Position numbers and translations under genes: made by a program. A stretch of 64,000 nucleotides of DNA from Heterodontus francisci (Eukaryota), in assembly GCF_036365525.1 (NCBI RefSeq), contig NW_027140825.1:1240001-1304000 (forward strand). The letters are read 5' to 3'. The notes beneath the pieces are model-generated. The model saw only the letters and a program-made list of their open reading frames with translations. It did no database searches and was not told the DNA's origin. Below, in pieces: positions 1 through 12,519 of this stretch; the first letter of the stretch is position 1, and each line of letters begins with the position of its first letter.

Positions 1-159
1 CAAAGAACCACATACAGACTGACCTCAAACTCACGTAATTTTTCCACGAACTCAAAGAGCAGGGCCTGATCCACAGTTTTATCATCATGTACCTGGGTTC
101 CAAAATTGGAATTTGCACATGTTTGGCCTCCAACCTCCTTGGGTAAAACACACTGGGTG

Positions 160-720
160 CACTGTGAACATTTCAGGACTCCTCATTCCTTGGTTAGACT
201 TCATTTGGAGAACTGTGCACTGTTCCATTCTCATTATACATTGGTTAGATCACAACTGGAGCACTGAGCACAGTTCTGGCGTCTATATACATTGGTTAGA
301 CCACATTTAGATCACGGTATAATTATACATAACAGTAGAGATCGAACAGGCAGGGGTCCTTCTCTAGAAATGAGGGGTGCCCAGATAAGAAGTCTTTAAT
401 ATTATTAATAGGTTTGATAGGATAGTCGTAGAGAAGATATTTTCACTTGAGGCCCAAGACCAGAACTATAAGGTATAAAATACTCAGTACAAATCCAGAC
501 GTGAATTCAGGACAAACTTCATTACCCAGAGATTGGTGAGAATGGGGAACGAACCACCATAGGCAGTGGTGGAGGCAAATAGTATTCAGTGGGATACTAG
601 TAGACATACGAGGCAGAAAGGATTGACAGGAGATGCTGAGAAGATGAGATAAAGAGGGATGAAAGGATGTATCTGTGGAACATCAACACCTGTATAGATC
701 CGTTCACCTGATGCTGTGTT
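160..720 (+). mobile_element. Degenerate CR1 LINE 3' fragment (duplicated at ~4755-5315)
   Basis: LVRPHLE/YCAQFWS-like remnants and FFTQR-like segment. Confidence 0.6.
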
Positions 721-1034
721 CTATATTGTCTGCAATTCTATATAGTCAACGTCAGTATCTGAAAGAGGGGAGAAAGTTGGAAAGCCGATCTGGAACTTCC
801 CAAGGAGTTCTACAGCCAATGAAGTGCTTCTGTTGAATTTCAGGCATGTTGGTCTTTATTGCAAGGGGGATGGGAGTACAAGAATAAGGAAGTCGTATTA
901 CATTTGTATTGGGTCTTGGTGAGAACACACCTGGAGTACTAGGTGCACATATTTGGAGAGAGCTCCGAATGATCGGGCTGCAGATGTCAATGACACAGAA
1001 CTGCAGTTCCAGAAAGCGATTACCAGGAGTCTAA

Positions 1035-1180
1035 CATTGGTCCCTCCCCGGAAATGAAAGAAAACTGGGTCCCGCCTATCCGAATGATAAAGTGATGGAG
1101 AAGGAAGCTGTGAATTTCAGTCTGTGCCCAGAACTTTGAGATACTCGACAATAAAAGTGCTCAGTCATTTCATATAAAAC
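1035..1180 (+). promoter_or_regulatory. Putative V1 promoter (paralogous copy at ~5628-5773 for V2)
   Basis: Reverse CCAAT (CATTGG), GGAAATGAAA (ETS/IRF composite-like), CCCGCC, TGATAA, CTCAGTCA and TATAAAA ~30 nt before the ATG; motif matches only. Confidence 0.5.
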
Positions 1181-1205
1181 CACACGGATCCTTCACCCTC
1201 CAGAG

Positions 1206-1819
1206 ATGTCTTTGTCTCAGCTCTGGGTTGTGTTGTTGGTGTTAACGGGTAAGGAGGTGTCTGAACTGTGAGGTGACAATGATGTACATGTGTCTCTGCT
1301 TCTCAGTCTCTGTCTGTCTTTGTCTCTCTCCTTCTCCCTCTATAATTCTTTCTCTGTCTCTCATTCTCTCTCTATCTCTCTCTCTGCCTTTATCTCTGCC
1401 TCCAACTGGTCCCCACCTCTCTCTTTATCTCTCTGTCTGCCCGCCTCTACCTCTTCTTGTTGATATCTTTATTGACATTGTCCTTGGGTTTATCTCCCTC
1501 GTTCCCTCTCTGTTTTACAGAAGTGGGGGCCGTGTTGATCCAACAGACTCCTGCTTCCATATCCCATTCCCCAGGATCTCCAGTCAGGATCCAGTGTATT
1601 TACACTGAAGCAACTGCTACGTCCTATTTCTACTGGTACCGGTGGCATCCGGACCGTGAGCCCGAGAATCTTTTCTATTCCTACCCCGCCGGAACGGTCA
1701 ACCCCTCCGGTGAGGTGGACGGTTTCACCACTAGGATACCCGACAACACCCATTTTTACCTGGAGTCCTCCAGCCTGTTGGCGAATCAATCAGCAGTGTA
1801 TTACTGTGCCTGGAGTCAG
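1206..1819 (+). CDS. TRBV: TCR beta-type V gene segment V1 (CAW/TRBV30-like clade); leader exon 1206-1248, V exon 1521-1819
   Basis: Leader MSLSQLWVVLLVLT with phase-1 GTAAG donor; acceptor TTTTACAG at 1520; V domain IQQTP..C..YWYR..YYCAWS followed directly by a 23-RSS. Confidence 0.92.
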
Positions 1820-1858
1820 CACAGTGACTCAGAAAGGCGCCGGAGTTCAGCAAAAACT
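1820..1858 (+). other. Recombination signal sequence, 23-bp spacer (V1)
   Basis: CACAGTG + 23 nt + GCAAAAACT. Confidence 0.95.
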
Positions 1859-3899
1859 CTAAACATTGACAGAACTCACTTATGGGAGATAGACCTGTCT
1901 ATCTGGGGTGTCATTCTATCACTCTGACTATCTGTCAGTTTCTATGTCTGCTGTTGAATGAACTGGCTCTTTGACAGAGTTGTCTGACTAGTTCCCATTC
2001 ACTGACTAGTTCTCCATTGCACTAATAAATCTCCCCTTCATCTACTTCTCCAATTGACATCTGGAAGTTACTATTGGATGGTCTTCCACCGCCCTTTCAG
2101 TCAGTGTCCTCCACATGATAACAATTCACTGAGGAGAAAGATTCCACTCATCTCCCACTCTGGTTCCTTTCCCAATTACCTTCAATTCTTGGTCCCTGGT
2201 TTATCGACCCTCCTGACAGTAGATACTACCCTCTGGATACAGTTTCTCTATCAAGACACTTCTGACCACATCTTGAAAATCTCCCCTTATCCTCATTACT
2301 CTAATGGACACAAGTCCATACAAATAGGAAATGGTTGATCTTGGAACCTTTAATCATGTCTCTGATGATTCATACAGTGCAAAGTCGAAACACCTCTCCA
2401 GATCCGTCTCTGACTGGAACACCTGCCTCCAGACGGCGGCTTCAGCATCTGTTCAAAACTGTTAACCCACTTGTCTCTCAGTCTCTCGGTGTCTTTTGAA
2501 GAATTTTCACAATGACTGGAGTTCAGTGCGGTGAAGAACTTAACCCTTTAGCTCCCGTTTAGCACAAGTGGGCGGGGGTGGGTGGGGAATGAAACTGTCT
2601 TGGATCTGAAACAAGGCAGCAGGCTGACGGGTCTTATTGGGTCATCGTGTCATGCAGGACAAATCCAGGCCATTCAGCCCATCGATCCAGGCCTGGCTGT
2701 TCGAAAGAGCGACCTCCTCCCATCTCTCTTCATCTTACCCTATCAACAGATTCTCCTATTCCTTTCTCACTCATGTATTTATTCAGCTCCCCCCTTAACA
2801 GTATTGTCTCTATTCGACCTCAACCCATTCCATTTGGTCTGTAATTCCACATTCTCACCGCTCCCTGGGTTAAAGAACCTCCTTCTGAATTCCCAATTGG
2901 ATTTATTAAGGACAACCTTACATTTATGATCCCTGGTTTTCATCTTCCCTGTCCAATTACTCCCACTCCCTGTTCTTTCTGAATAACCCTGCACTTGATC
3001 TTGCAGCTTGTCTGCCTCCTTCCCGACATTACAACAGTGACTGCACTTCAAAATGTATTTGACTGGTTGAGGCTTGAGTGAAGCAGAGAGATGTCGGGCC
3101 GAATGGCGCGGAAGAGTGCATTAACTTCCATCTGGTTCTATGCCACAAGCGCAAACGGGAGTCGAGTAGGAGGATAAAGCCAATGACTGATACAATTTTA
3201 GAGTCTGAGACTGAAACGCCTGCAGAATCGGTGCTTGCAGTTGCACGTGGAGCCACTAGGTGCCAGTGTTACTCCACTGTCGCCGCTGCCCACAACATGC
3301 TCAGACAGAGTGAACTTTACCCACAGCAGCTCTGCAGGTCAACTTGGCTGCTTCTGAAATGTTTCACTTCTCAACTATTTCACACAAAATATTCTGGCGA
3401 TGTCAAACAAATCAATGATTTGATATCAGGTAAATGAGCTTTAAATCTGATCCTTTTGGGGGCATTAAGTGACATTAATATCAGTCCAACCTTGAAATAG
3501 TTGCACCCAGATGCCAGTTTGCAGATTTCCAGTTTCTATTTTACAATTGCACTGTCCCAGGAGTTTATAGGAAACTAGGAGAGAGTCTGAATGTCCATCC
3601 TGACTTTAGCACAACTCCCACATCTATCGTGCCAAGTGTAAAGTAGCATTTTGCCCCCCATGCTCCCTGTTTCCAGGTGGAATAACGGGAGATCTGGTGC
3701 TCACTTCATGTGATCAAGTGAGAGACAGTTTTCAGAACAGAAGGCTTCACACTGACATGTTGTGATATCCTCACCCCGCCGGTCGAGGGGCTGTATTACT
3801 CAGGTCTGTTCATTGAGGAGGTGAAACTCAGTATGTTGAGGTTTTCAGAGCGGGTTTGCTTTTGCAGAATGGTGCAAAACAATAAATTAACCAGGAAGC

Positions 3900-4515
3900 C
3901 GGAAAGAGTTCCCCTTCTTAGGCATTCCCCCGGGATTGAGGATGACTTGCTTCCACTCCGGTTCAATGGGTTCTGAGATGGCTGATGAGACCAGTGTATG
4001 ATCTGCAGACTCTGGTACATGAGGGGCAGGTGGTGCTTGTAGGATCAGGTAGGTGAGTAGTTTGCAGGTTTGTGTGCTCCCTCCGATGCCTCGGCCTTAC
4101 CTCTGCATGTTCCTTAAGTTCCTCGAGGTGTCCAATGCCTTCCCGTATGTCCTTTCTCCATCTGGGATGTTCAGGAGCCAGGGTCTCCAAGGAGTCGACG
4201 CGGATGTTTCATCTCTCCAGGGATCCTGTGAGGACATCTCTAAAGCGTTTCCGCTGTCCTCCTGGGAGTCTCCTGACACGGCTAAGTACTGAGTAGAACT
4301 GCTGCTTTGGGGAGTCTGGTGGCAGGAATGTGAATGTCATGTCCCAGCCAGTGGAGCTGGTTTTGGGTGATTCGCGCCCTGACACTAGACAGGTTGGTTT
4401 GGGAGAGGACGATGCTGTTGGACTACCTGTCTTGCCACTGGATTTGGAGGTTAATGCGGAGGCACCTCTGGTGTTACTTCTCCTGTGCCTTGAGGTGTCT
4501 ACTGTAGGATCTCCA
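3900..4515 (-). mobile_element. RTE-clade LINE 3' fragment
   Basis: Minus-strand peptides PKQQFYS..GGQRKRFRD and CPSCTRVCRSYTGLISHLRTH, typical of the RTE ORF C-terminus; frameshifted. Confidence 0.75.
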
Positions 4516-5798
4516 AGGTAAGGTCAATGTGGAGGTGTATTTATGTAAAGTGACTGATGGGACAAAGCAGTTCAGAGCTATCCACTGTCTAGACAAAGAA
4601 CCACACACAGACTGACTTCAAACTCACGGAATTTTTCCAAGAACTCAGAGAGCAGGGCCTCATCCACAGTTTTATCTTCATGTACCTGGGTTCCAAAATT
4701 GGAATTTGCACATGTTTGGCCTCCAACCTCCTTGGTTAAAACACACTGGGTGCACTGTCAACATTTCAGGTCTCCTCATACCTTGGTTCGACTTCATTTG
4801 GAGAACTGTGCACTGTTCCGCTCTCATTATACATTGGTTAGATCACAACTGGAGCACTATGCACAGTTCTGGCGTCTATATACATTGGTTAGGCCACATT
4901 TAGATCACGGTATAATTATACATAGCAGTAAAGATCGAACAGGCTGGGGTTCTTCTCTAGAAATGAGGGGTGCCCAGATAAGAAGTCTTTAATATTATTA
5001 ATAGGTTTGATAGGATAGACGTAGACAAGATATTTTCACTTGAGGCTAAAGACCAGAATTATAAGGCATAAGATACTCACTAAAAATCCAAACGTGAATT
5101 CAGGACAAACTTCATTCCCCAGAGATTGGTGAGAATGGGGAACTCACCACCACAGGCAGTGGTGGAGGTAAATAGTATTCAGTGGGAAACCAGTAGACAT
5201 ACGAGGCAGAAAGGACTGACAGGAGATGCTGAGAGGTTGAGATAAAGAGGGATGAAAGGATGTATCTGTGGAACATTAGCACCTGTATAGATCCGTTCAC
5301 CTGATGCTGTGTTCTATATTGTCTGCAATTCTATATAGTCAACGTCAGTATCTGAAAGAGAGGAGAAAGTTGGAAAGCCGATCTGGAACTTCCCAAGGAG
5401 TTCGACAGCCAATGAAGTGCTTCTGTTGAATTACAGGCATGTTGGTGTTTGTTTCATGGGGGATGGGAGTACTAGAATAAGGAAGTCGTATTACACTTGT
5501 ATTGGGTCTTGGTGAGAACACACCTGGAGTACTGTGTGCACATATTTGGACAGGGCTCCGAATGATCGGGCTGCAGATGTCAATGAAACAGAATTGCAGT
5601 TCCAGAAAGCGATTACCAGGAGTCTAACATTGGTCCCTCCCCGGAAATGAAAGAAAACTGGGTCCCGCCTATCTGTATGATAAAGTGATGGAGAGGGAAG
5701 CTGTGAATTTCAGTCAGTGCCCAGAACTTTGAGATACTCTACAATAAAAGTGCTCAGTCACTTCATATAAAACCACACGGATCCTTTACCCTCCAGAG

Positions 5799-6422
5799 AT
5801 GGCTGTCTCTCAGCTCTGGGTTGTGTTGTTGGTGTTAACGGGTAAGGAGGTGTCTGAACTGTGAGGTTACAATGATGTACATGTGTCTCTGCTTCTCAGT
5901 CTCTGTCTGTCTTTGTCTCTCTCCTTCTCCCTCTATATTTCTTTCTCTGTCTCTCATTCTCTCTCTCTCTCTCTCTTTGCCTTTATCTCTGCCTCTCTGC
6001 CTCTAACTGGTCCCCAGCGCTCTCTCTCTCTCTCTCTCTCTGCCCACTTCTACCTCTTCTTGTTTGTAACGATAGAGACAATGTCCCTGGGTAAATCTCT
6101 TTCTCTCTCTCTCTGTTTTACAGATGTGGGGGCCGTGTTGATCCAACAGACTCCCGCTTCCATATCCCATTCCCCAGGCTCTCCAGTCAGTATCCAGTGC
6201 GTTTACACAAAGGCAGATGTTGGCTCCTATTTCTACTGGTACCGGTGGCATCCAGACCGTGATCCCGAGAACCTTTTCTATTCCAACCTCGCTGGAACGG
6301 TCATTCCCTCTGGTGAGGTGGACGGTTTCACCGCCAGGAGACCCGACAACACCCATTTTTACCTGGAGTCCTCCAGCCTGTGGGCGAATCAATCAGCCGT
6401 GTATTACTGTGCCTGGAGACTG
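5799..6422 (+). CDS. TRBV: TCR beta-type V gene segment V2 (CAW/TRBV30-like clade); leader 5799-5841, V exon 6124-6422
   Basis: Leader MAVSQLWVVLLVLT, GT-AG phase-1 intron, open V exon ending YYCAWRL, 23-RSS. Confidence 0.92.
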
Positions 6423-6461
6423 CACAGTGACTCAGAAAGGCGCCGGAGTTCAGCAAAAACT
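6423..6461 (+). other. 23-RSS (V2)
   Basis: CACAGTG + 23 nt + GCAAAAACT. Confidence 0.95.
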
Positions 6462-7634
6462 CTGAAGGGGGAGGAAAGCACTTGTGGGAGATAAACCTGT
6501 CTGTCTATCTCAGTGTCTTTCTGTCTCTCTGACTATCTGCGAGTTTCTGTGTCTCNNNNNNNNNNNNNNNNNNNNNNNNNNNNNNNNNNNNNNNNNNNNN
6601 NNNNNNNNNNNNNNNNNNNNNNNNNNNNNNNNNNNNNNNNNNNNNNNNNNNNNNNNNNNNNNNNNNNNNNNNNNNNNNNNNNNNNNNNATATTGCACCAT
6701 TTATCTATCTATTTATTTTGATCATATATATATATTTGCCATCGATTTATCTCTCTGTCTCTCACCTCTCTAAATATGCATCCACCATATATCTGACGTT
6801 TATCATCAATCTAAGACCATTATTTACACCATACCAGTTTAATTATTGATATATCATGATTTGTATTTTACTGATAGTTTCATCTTCTTGCTCTCCTTCG
6901 ACTCAGAGTACATCAATACATTATGAATTATTAAAAATGCTGCAGCAATGTGCTCAGATCCTTCTCGTTAAGGCAGCCTCTACCTGTAAAGAACAGATTC
7001 CGAGGTGGGGTAAATGGGTTCATGGTCCTGTTGAATGAGCTGTCTGTGGTATGTGACAAGAGTTACACATAGCTCCCTGTTGTACATGTCCCCAATGATT
7101 CATACAATGCAAAAGTGAGACACCTCCCCAGATAGGTCTCTCACTGGAACACCTGCCTCCTGACGGCGGTTTGAGCATCTGTTCAAAACAGTTAACCCAC
7201 TTCTTCATGACACTGTCGCTTTTCAAAGTATCTAAGATTTCACCCCAATGTAAAACATAACCCTTGAATTGTCGTTTAGCCCAGGGGAAATAAATTTTGA
7301 TCTGCCTAATACAAACAAGCAACTTGATGTGTCTTATATATTTATAGAATCCTACAGCAGAGCCGAGGTCATTCAGCCCATTGAGCCTGGCCCGGTTTTT
7401 CGAAAGAGCTACCCAATACAACACCAATCAGACACAAGCAACGAGAGCCAGATACAGACGGGAAGCAGTTCCTTGTTCAAGCTCCTTCCGACCAGTGGGT
7501 GTTATTATTCTGTCATACCCAGAAGTGAGGGGTCAGAAGGAAACCCTGCTTCCAGTGCTGTCATTTCCGCTCTCTGCTTTATCTTCAGCCGCCTGATATT
7601 GATTCATGAACAGATTCAGCCCTCAGTCTGCAGG

Positions 7635-8450
7635 ATGCAGTTAGTCAAACTCTTCCTAATCGTCTGTTCTCTTCTTCCATGTAGGTATTCATCGTTCATA
7701 AAGATACCTGTGCTAAAATAGATGCTGTGTTTTCATTCACTACTAACTTCTATCAAACTAGATTGATAAAACATCATTGAAGTCGATTTTCTGTCATTTC
7801 TTGAACTACATAACGTAATTTCACTGTAAATAATATTGGCTTAATGAAATTTTTGACTGAATGAAAGTTACTTATATATTCGTGACGCTACTACAGCTAT
7901 CTTTAACCGATAAGTTTGCCCTAATTCTGGGTTAATTTGTCTCTCTCATATCACTTGCTACATTATTTTTCAATCTCTATATCTATCTGTTTATTATCTA
8001 TATATCTACCAATATATCATTTAACTATATATTGTCTGCCTATATAGTTATCTAGTATTATCTACTTAACTATTTTGATAGTTATAGTTGGTTATCATAT
8101 GTCACAATATGTTCTAAACTTTTTAAACTATTCTCCTTATTTCTCAAGGCAAAACTCTAGCAGAGGTGATACACCAGTGGCCAACTCTGGTGGTGGTGAA
8201 TGGAAGTGAACCAGCAGAATTAAACTGTTCCCGGAATGACAGTAGAAAGAGCATTCTGCTGTGGTATCGGCAGTATGCCGGGCAGGGGCTCACCCTAATG
8301 GGTCATTCTTACACTGGAAGCTCACCCATTTACGAAGGAAGATTTGAGGAGGAGGTGAAGATTTTGAGGCACGAGGAGAGACGATGCAGCCTGAGGGTCC
8401 TCAAGGTGAAGGCTGTGGATGCGGCGGTGTATTACTGTGCAGCCAGGGAG
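7635..8450 (+). CDS. TRBV: TCR beta-type V gene segment V3; leader 7635-7680, V exon ~8149-8450
   Basis: Leader MQLVKLFLIVCSLLP with phase-1 GTAGGT donor; V exon VIHQWP..LNC..WYRQ..DAAVYYCAARE. An alternative in-phase acceptor exists at 8160. Confidence 0.9.
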
Positions 8451-8489
8451 CACAGCGCTGCAGACTGCCTTAATGCCAGTACAAAAACC
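8451..8489 (+). other. 23-RSS (V3)
   Basis: CACAGCG + 23 nt + consensus ACAAAAACC. Confidence 0.95.
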
Positions 8490-8844
8490 AACAGGGTGAA
8501 CAACACAACTGACTGACATACAGGAGCAGTGACAATGGTTAATGTCTCTCCCTGCCTCACCGGCCGTTTTCCAAGCTGGTGATACCCGGATTCCGGAACC
8601 TTCATCAAGGGCTGAATGACAGGGAATAGCAGAAAGTACGAGGAAGAGAGAGAAGGAAAGAGAGAGATGTGTCTCAGATCCTCTGCAAAATTTCAAAGTC
8701 CTCGTCTACACTGTTTAATTTCTGGCACTGAGTATGTTAAAACTGAGTCACAGTCTCTGTCCTGTACTTGATTAATTTGAAGTTTAATTAATGATCTAAA
8801 TAAGACAGATAGTTAGCATCACCATTGTGAAGTGATGTATAGAG

Positions 8845-9385
8845 TATCAATCATCTACAAGGCACAAGGTAGGAGTGTGATGGAATACTCTCCACTTGCC
8901 TGGATGGGTGCAGCTCCAACAACACTCAGGAAGCTCAACACCATCCAGGACATAGCAGCCCGGTCGTTCAGCAACCCATCTACCACCTTCAACACTCACT
9001 TCCTACACCACAGTGGAAGCAGTGTGTACCATCGACATTATACACTGCAGCAAAGCATCGAGTGTCCTAAGACAGCACCTTCCAAACCCACCAACTCCAT
9101 CACATGGAAGGGCAAGGGCAGTAGACTCATGGGAACACCACCACCTGCATGTTCCCCTCCAAGTCCTACACCATCCTGACTTGGAACTATATCGCCGTTT
9201 CTTCACTGTCACTGGGTCAAAATCCTGGAACTCCCTTCCTAACAGCATTGTGGGTGTACCTATCCAACATGTACTGCAGCGGTTCAAGAAGGCAGCTCAC
9301 CACCACCTTCTCAAGGACAATCAGTTTTGTGAAATAATTGCTGGCCTTGCAAAAGAAATTCACGTCCCATGAACGAATAAGAAAA
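8845..9385 (+). mobile_element. Non-LTR retrotransposon (CR1/L2 group) 3' fragment
   Basis: YKAQ.RSVMEYSPLAW...LNTIQD and KSWNSLP peptides, A-rich end; frameshifted. Confidence 0.7.
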
Positions 9386-9684
9386 GATATATATATATAT
9401 AAGGTCTTCCACGACTTCAAGATGCCCCAAAACAGCCAATTAACAACTGGAAAATGATGGTCAGATCCTCTGCTATCTCTTCTCTTGCTTTATTTTATTT
9501 TTATTCATTCTGGGTGCCTGGGTCTGAGAAAGTCAGTAGTTATTCATCATCACTCATTGCCCTGGAGAAGGTGTGTGCTGCCTTGTAGATAACTGAAGAG
9601 TTTGCTAGGTCATTTCAGAGAGCAGTGTACTTAAAACACGGAAGCCAATTGGTGTGCGGCACCATGCAATAGGCAGCATAAAGA

Positions 9685-9721
9685 GGCAGATAGATAGCAA
9701 GGAAGGCAGACAGACAGACAT

Positions 9722-9770
<49 letters not shown>

Positions 9771-10665
9771 CGACCGACAGATAGATCGATAGACAGACAG
9801 ATAGGTAGCTAGGAAGTCAGACAGACAGACATTAGATAGACAGACAGACAGATAGATAGTTAGACAGACAGATAGATAGCGAGGAAGGCAGAGAGACTGC
9901 CATTAGATAGATAGATCGATAGACAGATAGATAGATAGACAGACATTTGATCGATAGACAGGCAGATAGATCGACNNNNNNNNNNNNNNNNNNNNNNNNN
10001 NNNNNNNNNNNNNNNNNNNNNNNNNNNNNNNNNNNNNNNNNNNNNNNNNNNNNNNNNNNNNNNNNNNNNNNNNNNNNNNNNNNNNNNNNNNNNNNNNNNN
10101 NNNNNNNNNNNNNNNNNNNNNNNNNNNNNNNNNNNNNNNNNNNNNNNNNNNNNNNNNNNNNNNNNNNNNNNNNNNNNNNNNNNNNNNNNNNNNNNNNNNN
10201 NNNNNNNNNNNNNNNNNNNNNNNNNNNNNNNNNNNNNNNNNNNNNNNNNNNNNNNNNNNNNNNNNNNNNNNNNNNNNNNNNNNNNNNNNNNNNNNNNNNN
10301 NNNGACATTAGATAGATAGATATACAGACAGATAAATAGAAAGACAGATGGGTAGACAGATAGGCACACAGATAGATCGATTGACAGACAGATTGATTGA
10401 TAGACAGACAGATAGGTAGACAGATAGATAGGCAAATGGTCAAATAGATAGATAGACAGACAGATATGCAAATAGGTAAATATGAAGACAGACAGACAAA
10501 AAGATAGGTAGGTAGACAGACAGACGGATTCATACAGATAGAGAGACAAACTGACACAGATCGAGAGACAGACACACAGCCATGCAGATAGATAGATATA
10601 GAGAAAGTTAGACAGATAGCTACAGTGATAGATAGATAGATAGCTATATAGATAGACAGACAGGC
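9685..10665. repeat. (GATA)n/(GACA)n microsatellite with N gap
   Basis: Direct inspection. Confidence 0.95.
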
Positions 10666-10799
10666 ATATCTTTTTCTCCCTCTCTCCATCTATCTCTATC
10701 ACTGCCTCTCTTTTTCTCTAACTGTTTTTCTCCATATCATCCTCTGTGACTCTGTCTCTCTCTCATTCCTTGGCACTTTCACATACACTCTATCACTCC

Positions 10800-12410
10800 A
10801 ATAGTCTCATAGAAAGTTTAAGGCACAGAAAGAGGCCACTTGGCCCATCACATCAGTGCCGGCCGAAAAACGATCCACCTATTCTAATCACACCTTCCAG
10901 CATTTGGTCCGTAGCCCTGCAGATTACAGCACTTGAGGTGCAAATCCAGACTCCTTTTGAATGAGTTGAGGGTCTCTGCCTCAACTACCCTTTCAGGCAG
11001 TGAGTTCCAGACCATCACCACCCTCTGGGTGAAAAATGATTTTCCTTATCTCCCCTCTAATTCTTCTACCAATCACTTTAAATCTATGGTCCCTCATCAC
11101 TGACCTCTCTGCCAAGGTGAATAGACCCTTCACATGCACTCTATCCAGGCCCCTTCAATATTTTGTACATTTCAATCAGATCTCCCCGCAGCTTTCTCTG
11201 TTCCAAGGAGAACAACCTCGGCCTATCCAATCTTTCCTCATAGCTGCATTTTCAGTTCGGGAAACATGCTTGTTAATCTCCTTTGTAACCTCTCTAGTGC
11301 AATTACATTCTTTCTGTAATGAGGTGACCAGAACTTCACACATACTCAAGTTGTGGCCTAACCAATGAGTTATGCAGTTCCAGCATAACCTCCCCGCTCT
11401 TGTATTCTATACCTCAGCTAATGAAGGAAAGGATTCCATATGCCTTCTTAACCACCTTATCGACCTGTCCTGTTACCTTCAGGGATCTGTAGACATTCAC
11501 TCCAAGGTCCCTCACTTCCTCTGCACTTCTCAGTATTTTCCCATTAATCGTGTATTCCTTTGCCTTGTTTGACCTCCCCAAATGCATCACCTCACACCTC
11601 TCCAAGTTGGATTCCCTTTGCCACTGTTCTGCCCATCTGACAAGACCATCAATATCTTCCTGCAGCCGACAGCTATCCACCTCGCGATCTACCACACGGC
11701 TAATCCTTGTGTTGTCTACATACATTTGGATTATGCCCCCCTACATTTACATCCAAATCGTTAATAAATACCACAAAAAGCAGGGAACCCAGTACTGAGC
11801 CCTGTGCAACGCCACTGCAAACAGCCCTCCAGTCGCTAAAACACCCATCAACAATTACCCTTTGTTTCCTGGCACTGAGCCAATTTTGTATCCACCTTGC
11901 TGCATTTCCCTGGATCCCATGGGATTTTGTTTTTTTTTGAACCAGTCTGCCATGTGCAGCCTTTTCAAAAGCCTTGCTAAAATCCAGGTAGACCACGTCA
12001 ACTGCACTACCCTCATCTATCTTCCTTGTTACTTCTTCAAAAAATTCGATCAAATTGATCAAACAAGAACGTCCCTTAACAAATCTATGCTGACTATCCT
12101 GGATTAATCTGTGCCTTTCTAAGTGACAGTTTATCCTGTCTCCCAGAATAGATTGCAATACTTTGCTCATTACGGAGGTCAGACTGACTGGCCTGTAATT
12201 AGTCAGTCTATCCTTCCCTCCCTTTTTAAACGGAGGCACAACGTTAACAATTCTCCAATCCTCCGGCGCCACACCTGTGAGGACTGCAAAAAGATGGTCA
12301 GACCCTCTGCTATTTCTTCTCTTGCTTCTATTTGCAGCCTAGGATTCATTTCATCCTGCCCTGGTGATTTATCAACTTTCAAGGATGCTAATCCCATTAA
12401 TGTTTCCTCC
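10800..12410 (-). mobile_element. CR1 LINE ORF2 (reverse transcriptase) fragment, degenerate
   Basis: NYRPVSLTS, YLDFSKAF, GVAQGSVLG peptides in broken frames. Confidence 0.9.
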
Positions 12411-12472
12411 CTCAGCTTCGCTCCCTTAAACCCAGAGCAACCAGCAGAAAGTGTCTTAGATCCGCCGCAAAC

Positions 12473-12519
12473 ATGCCATTCAATTTCATCGACGTTTGCT
12501 ATTTTCCTTCTGTCGCTGA
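12473..12519 (+). pseudogene. Orphan frameshifted V leader exon (V4/V6 family); intron homology runs to ~12810, V exon absent
   Basis: ATGCCATTCAATTTCATCGACGTTTGCTATT... aligns to the leader at 13558 with a 1-nt insertion; 5'UTR and intron are homologous. Confidence 0.8.

Larger units (their letters stand above)
1..7200 (+). repeat. Tandem segmental duplication, offset ~4593 bp (1-~1950 vs 4594-~6550; ~2360-2470 vs ~7085-7200), carrying V1 and V2
   Basis: Near-identical flanks, promoter, leader, V exon and RSS in both copies. Confidence 0.93.
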
